Origin: a candidate division FCPU426 bacterium
Lineage (GTDB): Bacteria > Oederibacteriota > Muellerivitia > Muellerivitales > Muellerivitaceae
DNA length: 64,000 nucleotides
Assembly: GCA_963796105.1 (NCBI GenBank)
Contig: CAWCKJ010000006.1
Coordinates: 32,001-96,000, forward strand
Direction: 5' to 3'
Shown: in pieces, positions 1 through 10,092 of the stretch
How positions within the stretch are numbered: the stretch's first letter is position 1
How the letters are laid out: the number at the start of each line of letters is the position of its first letter
Position numbers and translations under genes: made by a program
The notes under the pieces: model-generated
What the model saw: only the letters and a program-made list of their open reading frames with translations
Database searches by the model: none
Told to the model about the DNA's origin: nothing

Positions 1-486
1 TCCTGAACAAAGTCAACTTGGCCAGGAGTCCCGAGGATATTCATACGGTTTTGCATCGATACAACCCCAGGGCCTTTGTCGTTGAATCGCGGTATAAACC
101 TCAAGTTTTGAGGAACTTTAAAACCGGCAAGACTGTCAGGATCCTCTTCCTTGGATCGGGTTTCAGTAGGTGCTTTCTCCGGGATTGGGACGCCCCTTTC
201 CTTCATTAGGACCCTGGCTGATTTCAAGGTTTTGGTACGTCATGCCTATACCCTACGGGATCATTACCCCTATACTCCGGAAAAGTTGATGGCTATTGTG
301 AAAGACGCAAAACAAAGAGGTTTGAGTTATTTGGTGACGACTGAAAAGGATGAGGTCAAATTACCCAGGGAAATGGACTTGGAGATTCCTATACTGGTTT
401 TAATCATCAAATGGCAGGTGACAGGTGGAAAGAAACTTTGGGATAAAGTCTTGAAGAACATCGCTTTGGCCAGTTCTGCGAATTGA
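1..486 (+). CDS. lpxK: Tetraacyldisaccharide 4'-kinase, C-terminal part, apparently frameshifted near 139-150
   Basis: Motifs AFSGIG, DHYPY and LVTTEKDEVKL in 151..486; the upstream part (LNKVNLAR...ESRYKP) is in a different frame. Confidence 0.8.
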
Positions 487-551
487 CAAAATGTTAAAAC
501 TGGATGACGCAGATCATTCGGAATAATAATTCAATATTAAAGCAAAGGCCC

Positions 552-1627
552 ATGGCACGAAAGCAAGCGAAAATCAAACCTGATCCAAAAATCCCGAAAA
601 AAATCCTGGTCCTTCGCTATTCTTCGCTGGGGGACGTGGCTTTGACCAATCCCCTTTTGGAAAGGCTCAAGCAGGAATGGCCGAACGTGCCGGTTTATTT
701 CGCCACCAAAAGACAATACGCCCCGGTCCTCCAGCATAACTCGGCCCTGGACGGAATTTTCCTTCTGGAGGGAAAGGGATTTTGGGACCTTTGGAACCAT
801 ATCGGCCAGTTGAGGAAACTGGATCCCACACTGGTCCTGGACCTGCATGATTCCTTGAGGACGCACCTGGTTTCCACTTTCCTGGGGAAGGCAAGGATCT
901 TGGTTTACGACAAGGAAAAGTACAAGCGGCGGTTGATGGTGGGAAAAATCACCCAGAATCCGGGCCCGCATACCATCCAGAAATACCTCAAGGCCTTGGA
1001 ACCACTGGGAATCCTTTCCCCCCTGCGAGTCCCTTTCGACATCCATATCTCCAGGGCCAACCAAAGATTCCTGCGAGAATATTCCAAACAGCACAAAATT
1101 TCGTCTTCTCGGGTGGTGGTGGGTTTGTCGCCCGGCGCCCGCTGGTTCACCAAGCGCTGGCCCGCGCTGAACTACGCCGAACTGGCCTCGCGCCTGGTGG
1201 AGGACTACCGGTGCCAGCTTCTCTGGTTCGGAAGCAGGGAGGAGATCCCCTGATCAAGTCCATCCAAGCCCGGATGCGGGGAACCTATCTGGAAAGGGGG
1301 GAATGTCTTCCCGAAAAACACTCACTGGAGCAATCCATCGCCCTACTAGGTAGGTGCGACCTTTTCATCGGGAACGACTCGGGATTTATCCACCTGGGCT
1401 CGGGAAGGGGCTGCCGGGTGGTGGTCCTTTACGGCTCCACCTCAACCTCCCTGGGTTTCGAGCCCTGGGGGCCCCATTCGGTGGTGGAAGTCGCGGGCCT
1501 TTCCTGCCGGCCTTGCCACGTCCACGGGCGCGACTCCTGCCCTCTCGGCCATTTCAAGTGCATGGAAGACATGACGGTGGACCTGGTGGAGGGAGCGGTG
1601 AAAAGATCTTTGAGGAGGAATCGTTGA
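552..1627 (+). pseudogene. GT9 family glycosyltransferase split by a frameshift at CCCC 1247-1250 (real lesion or assembly error)
   Basis: RYSSLGDV, SPGARWFTKRWP, then GNDSGFIHL and CRPC...C...C in the next frame; adding one C gives continuous EEIPLIKSIQ. Confidence 0.8.
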
Positions 1628-2784
1628 AACAAAAGCCGCGCGTGGCCCTTTTGCGGGGGCCCCTCCTGAACCCGTTCGAGATGCAATCCTACGAACCCCT
1701 CCAAGAGGATTTCGACCTGGTGGCCTTTGTCCCCCACAAGACCCAATTCGATCTTTCATCCATCGCCATCCCTAGGCAAATCCTCTGGTGCCCCATCTCC
1801 GGGAAAACTCCTTTCGAGCGGACCCGGCGGAAATGGCAGGCCGCGCGCGATGCCGTGACCGGAAACACCCATACCTTTTGCGGGATGCTGGACCGCCTCA
1901 AGGGATTCGATCTCTACCATATCAAGGACCTCCCTTTTTGTTTTGATTACGAGGCGGCCCTGGCCAAGCGCAGCTACGGCGGGAAAATGGTGGTGACCGT
2001 CGCCGAAAACATCCCTCATTTGAACGAGCACAAGTTCATGGAACGGCACATCAAAAGGACGGTGGGGGAGGAAGTGGACCTTTTTCTTGCCATCTCAGAG
2101 GGAGCCAAGAAGGCCCTGATGGAAGAGGGGGTGCCGGAAGAGAAAATACGCAGGATTTCCAATTCCATCGATACCGATTTCTTTAAGCCGGGCCCAGCCG
2201 AACCGCGCCTTCTTCAATCCCTGGGAATCCCCCGGAACGCCTTCCGGGTGCTTTATGTGGGCCGGCTGGCCCGGAGCAAGGGGGTTTTCACGCTTCTGGA
2301 GGCGGCCCGAAGGCTGGCGGGGTCCCATTCCGGCTGCCACTTTCTTTTCATCGGCAAGGACGAGGAAGGCGCGGCTGATTGGATCCAATGTCACGGTCTC
2401 CAAAATAAGGTTCATCTCCTGGATTTCATACCTTACAGCCAGATGCCCCGGTATTACCGCCTGGCGGACCTGCTGATCCTGCCGAGCCTTCCTACCAAGA
2501 GGTGGGTGGAGCAATTCGGTTATGTCCTGGCGGAATCGATGGCCTGCGGGGTGCCCGCCGTCGGGTCCGATTGCGGGGCCATCCCGGAGGTGATCGGCGA
2601 CCCGGGCATGATTTTCCCTGCCGGTTCCGTGGAGGGGCTTTGCGGGATTTTGGAACGACTGCGGAAAAGAAACATGAAATCCTTGGGATTAAAAGTCAGG
2701 AAAAGGGCAGCCGGATTGTTTTCGTCGAAAAATCTCACGAAAACCCTCCGGAAAACTTACAATGAATTACTGTGCAAACCCTGA
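1624..2784 (+). CDS. GT4 family glycosyltransferase
   Basis: LYVGRLARSKG and EQFGYVLAESMACGVPAVGSDCGAIPEVI; TTG start at 1624 overlaps the upstream stop. Confidence 0.9.
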   Translation: MKQKPRVALLRGPLLNPFEMQSYEPLQEDFDLVAFVPHKTQFDLSSIAIPRQILWCPISGKTPFERTRRKWQAARDAVTGNTHTFCGMLDRLKGFDLYHIKDLPFCFDYEAALAKRSYGGKMVVTVAENIPHLNEHKFMERHIKRTVGEEVDLFLAISEGAKKALMEEGVPEEKIRRISNSIDTDFFKPGPAEPRLLQSLGIPRNAFRVLYVGRLARSKGVFTLLEAARRLAGSHSGCHFLFIGKDEEGAADWIQCHGLQNKVHLLDFIPYSQMPRYYRLADLLILPSLPTKRWVEQFGYVLAESMACGVPAVGSDCGAIPEVIGDPGMIFPAGSVEGLCGILERLRKRNMKSLGLKVRKRAAGLFSSKNLTKTLRKTYNELLCKP

Positions 2785-3902
2785 AAAAAGATAAACCCAA
2801 CCGCTCCAGAAAACTCCTGGTCCGGGTCCCCAATTGGCTGGGGGATACCCTGATGGCCACGCCCGCTGTCTCGGAAATCACCCGGATTTTTCCCGAAGCC
2901 GATATATCCATCCTGGCTCGGAAACCCTTCGCCGGGTTTTGGGAAAATTTTCCCGGGATCCGAAAAGTGTATTCCCTCGGAGAAAACCGGAGATTTTACG
3001 CCCATTGGACTGCAGTCCGGGAGATCCAACGGGAGGGATTTGATACCGCCTTGGTATTTCCCACCTCCTTTTCATCCGCGTTCCTCGTATTCGCTGCGGG
3101 GATCCCGACGCGCATCGGCTGGGGTGGGGAAGGGCGCGACCTTTTTTTAACCCGGGTGGTTCCTTATGAGAACCCGCGCCAAAAACACCTGGTTTGGGAA
3201 TATTTGGACCTGGTTCAAAAAGGTTTTGGATTAAAATCCGCTGCTAAAACTTTTCGCCTTTCGAGCGTCCTGACCCTCGGGGCCCGCGAAAAGGCGGACC
3301 AGTTGGAGCTCAACCGGAAGGGAAATTACTTGGCCTTTTGCCCCGGCGCCACCTATGGCGCGGCCAAGCGTTGGCCCTTCGCCTATTGGCTGGAATTGGC
3401 TCAAAAGTTGGGGAAGTCCCGGAAAGAAACCCTCCTGATCCTCGGCGGGGCGGGCGACGAGGCTTTCCTGGGGGATTTAAAAAAGGGACTTGAGACCTCA
3501 GGGGACGGCCGCTTCCAGTGGCTGGTGGGAAAGACCGACATGCTGACGTTGGCCGAGGTTTTATCCCGCTGCCGGCTTTTGGTGACCTCCGACACGGGGC
3601 CCATGCATATGGCCGCGGCCGTCGGAACGCCAACCGTGGCCCTCTTTGGGTCCACCTCGCCCGCCTGGACCAGGCCATTCGGAAAGGGCCATGAAGTGAT
3701 CCATAAGGAAATAGAATGCAGCCCCTGTTTCCAAAGAACCTGCCCCATCGGGTACGCGTGCTTGAACGCCATTTCCGTGGAGGAAGTCTACAAGGTCATC
3801 CGGAAAAAGCTGAGCCATCCGGGCCGGGTCCGGGCCGAAAACCGGGGGGAGGTTCCCTCCCATGAAACGCATTCTAGCGGTCAAGCTCCGGCCCATCGGT
3901 GA
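2772..3902 (+). CDS. waaF: Lipopolysaccharide heptosyltransferase II (GT9)
   Basis: PNWLGDTLMATP, CPGATYGAAKRWP, SDTGPMHMAAAVGTPTVALFGST. Confidence 0.85.
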   Translation: MQTLKKDKPNRSRKLLVRVPNWLGDTLMATPAVSEITRIFPEADISILARKPFAGFWENFPGIRKVYSLGENRRFYAHWTAVREIQREGFDTALVFPTSFSSAFLVFAAGIPTRIGWGGEGRDLFLTRVVPYENPRQKHLVWEYLDLVQKGFGLKSAAKTFRLSSVLTLGAREKADQLELNRKGNYLAFCPGATYGAAKRWPFAYWLELAQKLGKSRKETLLILGGAGDEAFLGDLKKGLETSGDGRFQWLVGKTDMLTLAEVLSRCRLLVTSDTGPMHMAAAVGTPTVALFGSTSPAWTRPFGKGHEVIHKEIECSPCFQRTCPIGYACLNAISVEEVYKVIRKKLSHPGRVRAENRGEVPSHETHSSGQAPAHR

Positions 3903-4911
3903 TGCCATCCTGGCGGGGACTTGTTTCGAGGCCCTGAGGGAGGCCTTTCCCAAGGCCTGGATCACGGCCCTGATCCAGCCCCCTGCCCACGAGCTGTACC
4001 GCGCGGCGGGATGGGCCAACGAGGTCCTGGCCTACCACCGGGGAGCCATCGACAAGCAACCCTTCTGGGCGAGGGCCTGGAAAAACCACCTCCTGGCCAA
4101 GGCCTTGCGCGAGCGTGCCTTCGACCTAGCCATCGATTTTTCCGCCTCCCACCGCAGCGCCCAATTGATCTCCTGGGGAAAACCCGCCTACAAAATCGGT
4201 TTGGACCTCCCCCCAGTCCGGAGGTTTTACGACGCCCTCGCCAAGGGGGACGATGAGCTGACGGCCCCGGCCTGGGAACTCGACCGGCGCATCCTGAACC
4301 TGATCGGGTTGGAGCCCAAGCCCCATGACCGGCCGGACGGCTACTGGAGGGTGCCGGAGTCGGCCCTTCAGTTCGCGGAGACCTTCTGGAAGGCCAACCG
4401 GTTTTCCGGGGAGGACCTGGTAGTGGCCGTCAACCCTTTCGCCAGCTGTCCGAGCAAGGAATGGTATCCGGACAAGTGGGCCGCCGTGATCCGGGAACTG
4501 CTATCCAACCACCTCAAGCTTTTTTTCACCTGCGCTTCCTTCGAGAGAAAGGGAATCCCGAAAATCGAAAAGGAGCTGGGCCAAAGCCTGCCGGTTTACG
4601 GCGGGACCAATCTGGTCCCCATGATGGGTCTTTTCCAAAAGGCCGCGGCTGTCCTGAGCGTGGATACAGGTCCGCGCCATTTGGCCGCCGCGGTTGGAAC
4701 CCCCACCCTGACGGTCTGGGGACCGGAACTCCTGAACCGCTGGCATCCTTATTCCAGGCTGAACCATCCGGTTTTATTCAAGCGGATTTCCTGCCGCCCC
4801 TGCGGGCTTTCGGTTTGCGTGGCTAAAAAACACGAGTGCATGACAGCTTTGAATCCTGAAGAAGTGGTCCGGTCGCTCAAGGCTCTCCTCCAATCGAAAG
4901 CCGCCCCATGA
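3862..4911 (+). CDS. GT9 family glycosyltransferase
   Basis: KLRPIGDAIL, SKEWY, DTGPRHLAAAVGTPT. Confidence 0.88.
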   Translation: MKRILAVKLRPIGDAILAGTCFEALREAFPKAWITALIQPPAHELYRAAGWANEVLAYHRGAIDKQPFWARAWKNHLLAKALRERAFDLAIDFSASHRSAQLISWGKPAYKIGLDLPPVRRFYDALAKGDDELTAPAWELDRRILNLIGLEPKPHDRPDGYWRVPESALQFAETFWKANRFSGEDLVVAVNPFASCPSKEWYPDKWAAVIRELLSNHLKLFFTCASFERKGIPKIEKELGQSLPVYGGTNLVPMMGLFQKAAAVLSVDTGPRHLAAAVGTPTLTVWGPELLNRWHPYSRLNHPVLFKRISCRPCGLSVCVAKKHECMTALNPEEVVRSLKALLQSKAAP

Positions 4912-5954
4912 CCCTGGAAACTCCCCGGAAAGTCTTGATCCTGCGTCCTCGATTCCTGGGGGACCTGATTCTCGCCACCGGCTTGGCCGGGGTCATACGC
5001 AAGAGAAATCCCGGGACCGAGGTTTGGTACCTGGCCGAGACCCCCTACGTGGAAATTCTCGAGAACCACCCGGAGATCGCGGGAGTCCTTCCCTTAGAGC
5101 CCGGGAGGAAAAACAATCCCTTTTACATCGGAGGGTTTTACCGGAAGATCCGGCGGCAGCACTTTGATGCGGTCCTGGATCTGTTCGGGAATTTCCGCAC
5201 GGCGCTGGTTTCCTTTTTCAGCGGGGCCCCCTTGAGGGTGGGTTTTGAGATGAGGGGGCGGTCCTGGGCCTATACCAGCGTGGCCGGTCCCGCGACGAAA
5301 CCCCTCCCCTCCGGCCGCAGGCCCGTCACGGATGCTTACCTGGACCAGGTGAGGGCTTTGGGTTTTTCCCCCGTGGAGTCGTACAAAACATCCCTCTTCA
5401 CGACTAAGGAGGAAAAAGCGCATGCCAAGACCATCCTGAATCGGGCGCTGTTAAAGCCTGGGGGAAAAATAGCAGCCATTTTCCCCGGAGCTTCCTGGCC
5501 CGCCAAACGATGGCCCCTGGATCGTTTCTTAGAGTTGGGGCGAAGATTAGCCCAAAATGGGGCCAAGCCGCTTTTCCTCTTTGGGCCTAAGGACTCAGAT
5601 TTGGCAAGGAATTTCGAGAGCCGGATGGAATCAGGCTGGCTTTTCGTCAATCAGCCTTCCTTGAGGGGCCTGACCGCTTTGGTCGAGGCGTCGGACCTGT
5701 TAGTCTCCAATGATGCGGGGCCAATGCACATCGGACCAGCAGTGGGTACGCCCACCCTGGGGATTTTCGGGCCAGGGGAGCCGGATATTTGGTTTCCCTA
5801 CAAAACTCCTCATACCTACGCCCACGCAGAGGTCGATTGCAGCCATTGCGGCAAGGAGCAATGTTCCCTCATGGCCTGTATGGACCGCCTGGATGTGGAT
5901 TTCATCACAGAAAAAGCCATCAGCCTCCTAGGAAGTCGGCGCAAGGCCAAATAA
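4908..5954 (+). CDS. GT9 family glycosyltransferase
   Basis: RFLGDLIL, PGASWPAKRWP, NDAGPMHIGPAVGTPT. Confidence 0.88.
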   Translation: MTLETPRKVLILRPRFLGDLILATGLAGVIRKRNPGTEVWYLAETPYVEILENHPEIAGVLPLEPGRKNNPFYIGGFYRKIRRQHFDAVLDLFGNFRTALVSFFSGAPLRVGFEMRGRSWAYTSVAGPATKPLPSGRRPVTDAYLDQVRALGFSPVESYKTSLFTTKEEKAHAKTILNRALLKPGGKIAAIFPGASWPAKRWPLDRFLELGRRLAQNGAKPLFLFGPKDSDLARNFESRMESGWLFVNQPSLRGLTALVEASDLLVSNDAGPMHIGPAVGTPTLGIFGPGEPDIWFPYKTPHTYAHAEVDCSHCGKEQCSLMACMDRLDVDFITEKAISLLGSRRKAK

Positions 5955-6017
5955 AAGGATTTATAAATTTTTCCTGCTATAATGACGCCACTTTTTTAAT
6001 TTTCGGGAGGGGTCACC

Positions 6018-6935
6018 TTGTTCGGAAAAGGGAAAATCTGGTTTGACGGAAAGATGGTAGCCTGGGAAAAAGCGACTATCCATGTTCTTTCGCACGTCGT
6101 CCACTATGCATCCTGCGTATTCGAGGGAATCCGCTGTTATAACACCAAGGGAGGTCCTGCGATTTTCCGGCTGGACGCCCATGTGGACCGGCTTTACGAT
6201 TCCGCGAAAATTTACCGAATGGAGATCCCTTATACTAAAAAACAGTTTAGTGAATCCATTTTAAAAGTGGTAAAGACCAACAAACTCAAAGTCTGTTATA
6301 TCCGGCCTTTTGTCTTCAGGGGCTACGGCCAAGTGGGAGTCTATCCCATGAATAACCCCTTGCATTGCGCGATCGCGGCTTGGCATTGGGGCTCCTACCT
6401 GGGCGAGGAATCCCTTACCAAAGGCATTTCAGTCAGGATTTCCTCCTGGCACCGGCCAGCTCCTAACACCTTCCCAACTCTTTCCAAGGCGGCAGGAAAT
6501 TACCTTAATTCGCAGCTGGTGAAAATGGAGGCCGTCCAGGATGGTTTTGACGAAGGAATTGTCTTGGATCATTATGGTTTTGTTTCCGAGGGCTCCGGCG
6601 AGAACGTCTTCATCGTGAAGAACGGCGTCCTCTTCACGCCCCCCACCAATTCCTCAATCCTTCCTGGTATCACCCGGCATACGGTTTTCGTCTTGGCCCG
6701 GGAATTGGGCATCGATGTTCGCCAGCAAGTCCTTCCTCGCGAAAGCCTCTATGTCGCCGACGAGGTTTTCCTGACAGGCACCGCGGCGGAAATCGTCCCC
6801 GTCTCCAAGGTCGACAACATCCCGGTCAGCGACGGCAAACGGGGTCCCGTCACCGAGAGAGTCCAGAAAGCCTTTTTCGAGATTCTCAAGGGGCAGACTC
6901 CGGATCGCTTTGATTGGCTTACTATTGTGAAATAG
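6018..6935 (+). CDS. ilvE: Branched-chain amino acid aminotransferase
   Basis: HYASCVFEGIRCY, KAAGNY, SEGSGENVF, ILPGITR, FLTGTAAEIVPV. Confidence 0.95.
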   Translation: MFGKGKIWFDGKMVAWEKATIHVLSHVVHYASCVFEGIRCYNTKGGPAIFRLDAHVDRLYDSAKIYRMEIPYTKKQFSESILKVVKTNKLKVCYIRPFVFRGYGQVGVYPMNNPLHCAIAAWHWGSYLGEESLTKGISVRISSWHRPAPNTFPTLSKAAGNYLNSQLVKMEAVQDGFDEGIVLDHYGFVSEGSGENVFIVKNGVLFTPPTNSSILPGITRHTVFVLARELGIDVRQQVLPRESLYVADEVFLTGTAAEIVPVSKVDNIPVSDGKRGPVTERVQKAFFEILKGQTPDRFDWLTIVK

Positions 6936-6936
6936 G

Positions 6937-8001
6937 GTGTCAGTCCCATATTCATCCTTCCCGCAACGTATCCTACTGATCCGATTGAAGGGAATTGGGG
7001 ACGTTATCCTCTCTACACCGCTTTTACGGGCGCTCCGAAAAAAATTTCCCACATCTGAAATCCATTTTTTAACCCGCTCCATTTGCGGCCCCATCCTTCG
7101 AAACAATCCTAACTTGGACCGTTTGATCCTCTACCCGGAAAAGAGCGATTCCGTCAAAAAAAAATGGGAATTCATAAAATCTCTTAGGAAATCCCGTTAC
7201 GACTGGGTTCTGGACTTAGCCGCTGAGCCGCGGTCGGCCTGGCTGACCAAGGCCACGGGCGCGCCGCTTCGTGCGGGTTATGCCTTCCGGATCCGCAAGT
7301 GGGCTTTCAGTCATCCCATTCCCAAGAACAAAGTCCGCAAATATCAGGCCGAAGTGAACCTGGACATCATCCGTTTCCTGGGCGTGCCAGACGACGGGAA
7401 CAGGACGGAGCTTTTCATCTCTGAGACAGACTTGAAGTGGGCATCGGAAATTTACGTGCGTGAGGAAATGTCGGAATTGGAATGGAAAATCGGGTTGAAT
7501 CCCACGGGTAGCTGGCCTTCCAAGCGTTGGCCTCGGGATCATTGGAAAGAACTGGTTCTCTTGATAAATGGGGAATTGGGCGTGAAACCCATCCTATTCG
7601 GAGGGCCGGGTGACGAGGCCATCATCAATGAAATACGGTTGGGGTTAGAGGACAAGACCCTAGTAAAACCGGAAACGACACTATCTCAGGCCGCGGCTTT
7701 CATTTCCAAGCTTGATCTGCTCGTGGGCGCTGATGGAACCCCCCAACACTTGGCCCAAGCCATGGGAATCAGGAGTCTAACTCTCTGCGGTCCCCATTGG
7801 GGGATCAGCTGGGTGAAACCGGGGGACCCTAAGCATAAGTTCCTACAACATTTTCTGGATTGCGGGCCATGTGACCTAAATGAGTGTCCTTTTCCTAGGG
7901 ATGAAAAAAAGGCCAGGCATGTCCAACAGGAATGCCTCTGGAAAATCAACCCTTCGCAGGTTTTTCAAACTTTGAAAGAAATGTTGAGCATTCCAGCTTA
8001 G
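6937..8001 (+). CDS. GT9 family glycosyltransferase
   Basis: RLKGIGDVILSTP, GSWPSKRWP, DGTPQHLA. Confidence 0.88.
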   Translation: MSVPYSSFPQRILLIRLKGIGDVILSTPLLRALRKKFPTSEIHFLTRSICGPILRNNPNLDRLILYPEKSDSVKKKWEFIKSLRKSRYDWVLDLAAEPRSAWLTKATGAPLRAGYAFRIRKWAFSHPIPKNKVRKYQAEVNLDIIRFLGVPDDGNRTELFISETDLKWASEIYVREEMSELEWKIGLNPTGSWPSKRWPRDHWKELVLLINGELGVKPILFGGPGDEAIINEIRLGLEDKTLVKPETTLSQAAAFISKLDLLVGADGTPQHLAQAMGIRSLTLCGPHWGISWVKPGDPKHKFLQHFLDCGPCDLNECPFPRDEKKARHVQQECLWKINPSQVFQTLKEMLSIPA

Positions 8002-10040
8002 TATTTTTTAATCCCCCCAAAAACCAACAGCATCGCCGAAAACGCTAAGCTTAAAAACAGACCCAAGCGGAAACTCGTTGGTTCGTATTGGAACTGCGCC
8101 TTCCCGGAGCCTTCCGGGAAGGAGATACATTGGAAAATTCCATTTGCTTCGTGGATTTCCACGCCTTTTCCGTCGATCCAGGCTCGCCACCCAGGTAAAG
8201 CATTTTGGGCAACGACCAGGTAACCCTTTCGGTTCTGAGGAAGTTCTAACAGGATTTTAGAGGGATCTAGCAAGCTTGGTTGATGGCGAGGTGAGGTTGA
8301 AAGGGGGTTAAGGCCCAGGTAAAGGGTTTTGAGGGGATTCGCGCCGTTCGCAAAGGCCTGGAATGCTACCTTCCGACTGCCCTCTTGCGTTTTTCCGAAA
8401 AAATAAAAGTGGGAACCCAGGGAGCAAGGGTTTTTCCAAAGGGTCCAGGGAGTATCTTGTAAAATTTTTTCATAAGGAGGAGCTAGATCGTCTCCGGTTA
8501 AAAATAAAAGATCCACTCCGAGAAAATTCATCAGGTTTCCTTGCGAATAGGGAAATCCTCGAAAAAAATAAAATTGAGCGTCAAGGGATCCCCATGAGGG
8601 CCAGGTGGAACCGTAAAAATTTGCCGTGGGCAGGGAAGCAAAAAGATTGGAATTGGGAACGAAATGTTTGAAAAGGGGTTTTTGATCGGGCGAGGGAAGC
8701 GGGGTGTAAATCTCTTGGTGTCGTTGGGCGTCAGGAAGGATCAAGATTCTGCCTTGCCCCAGGTTTTCTTTTATTTTTTCAGCTTCTTTCCCCAATAACT
8801 GATGTGGGGGTAAGTAATTTCTTTCGAGGGGATGGTCCCAAACCGCGTAGAAAAGATCTGCGAGGGAAATGGCGAGAACAACCCATTTCCAGAGGCCGAG
8901 TTTAAGAAAAAGATCCCTGCAGATCAGACCCAGGGCCCCCAGCTCCAGTATATCCACGAGTACCCAGCACTTGGCGGGTTCCAGGAAAGCTGGCAGGGAA
9001 AAATGAAGGGAGTTGGCGAGGAAAGCCGGCCAACCCAAGGCCCAAAGGAGAAGAATGATGAAGCCCGCCAAGAAAAATCGTGTATCGGATTTCAATTTGT
9101 TCCAGCGGGTCATTCCAAGGATCAGGGCTAGCAAGGGAATGAGTCCGGAATAGAAATTGAAATAAAAGAAAGTTGGCGAAACCACATAGTCGGGAATATT
9201 GTTTTGCCAAAGGGCATTCATGTGAAAAAATGTTTTTAAATTTTCCACAGGAAGAAAAAAGCCAGGGTTGTCCCTGACAGGGGGTAGCCGGACCGAGTCT
9301 AAGTAAAAGTACTCAACTGATGGAATCCATTGGCAGGCTGATAGGGCAAGACCTGAGAAAAGGGGGAGGAAAAGACGCGATGGGAATTTCCAACTTGATA
9401 AAAAAATTCCATAGGCCGTGGCAGCGAGGATGGAATAAAAAATAATTTGGGGATAACCCGCGAATATCTGCAGGACCAGGAAAGCCGCGAATTGGGTTCC
9501 CCCGGCCTTCTTTTGGCGGGCCATGTTCTGGACGGCAACCAAAAGCCACGGTGCCCAGGCCATTGTGTCCATGGAGGAATTGCTGCCCAGGTGGTTGTAA
9601 GCGCATCCGTTCAGGAGTGAAACTGCAGCGCAGAAGAAAGACCAAAATGTCTCAACCCCGGTGTTTCTTAAAAGGAGATAGAGCCCAAAGGAAAATATAA
9701 AAAGATGGAGGATTCCTGAGAAATTCCAGAAATTCAAACCGAATAATTTAAAACCCAAGGTTCCTGGATAAAATGTTTCGGTTTGCCAGGTGGCGAGCCA
9801 GGGAATGCCGAAGGCCGAAAAGGGATTCCAAAGCGGGAGAAAGCCTTGCCTCAAGGAAGAAAGGATGGACCATCGGATGGGCAGATTCCAGGTGTCATTT
9901 TCAGGACAGGCAGTATGGAGGTCCGGGTGGACCAAAAGACGCCCATAGGCTAGGAGGATTACTCCGACCCAGGCGGCGGGCAGAATTAGGTGGGTTAAAG
10001 AGGCAGTCTTGGAGAAAGCTGGTTTCATATGAACTATCAT
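7998..10040 (-). CDS. YfhO-like polytopic membrane protein (putative GT-C glycosyltransferase)
   Basis: PLWNPFSAFGIP...FYP N-terminal motif, many TM segments, C-terminal PGWRAWIDGK...ANGIF...YEPTSFRLG. Confidence 0.7.
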   Translation of the reverse strand: MIVHMKPAFSKTASLTHLILPAAWVGVILLAYGRLLVHPDLHTACPENDTWNLPIRWSILSSLRQGFLPLWNPFSAFGIPWLATWQTETFYPGTLGFKLFGLNFWNFSGILHLFIFSFGLYLLLRNTGVETFWSFFCAAVSLLNGCAYNHLGSNSSMDTMAWAPWLLVAVQNMARQKKAGGTQFAAFLVLQIFAGYPQIIFYSILAATAYGIFLSSWKFPSRLFLPLFSGLALSACQWIPSVEYFYLDSVRLPPVRDNPGFFLPVENLKTFFHMNALWQNNIPDYVVSPTFFYFNFYSGLIPLLALILGMTRWNKLKSDTRFFLAGFIILLLWALGWPAFLANSLHFSLPAFLEPAKCWVLVDILELGALGLICRDLFLKLGLWKWVVLAISLADLFYAVWDHPLERNYLPPHQLLGKEAEKIKENLGQGRILILPDAQRHQEIYTPLPSPDQKPLFKHFVPNSNLFASLPTANFYGSTWPSWGSLDAQFYFFRGFPYSQGNLMNFLGVDLLFLTGDDLAPPYEKILQDTPWTLWKNPCSLGSHFYFFGKTQEGSRKVAFQAFANGANPLKTLYLGLNPLSTSPRHQPSLLDPSKILLELPQNRKGYLVVAQNALPGWRAWIDGKGVEIHEANGIFQCISFPEGSGKAQFQYEPTSFRLGLFLSLAFSAMLLVFGGIKKY

Positions 10041-10092
10041 AAATTAAAAAGGTCAATTTGGGGCAGACCTTTGCCTTTGTTATAATTTCGAA

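Noticed and set aside
1354..1623. N-terminal extension of the GT4 ORF
   Set aside because: Overlaps the GT9 C-terminal coding region; the TTG at 1624 is the plausible start
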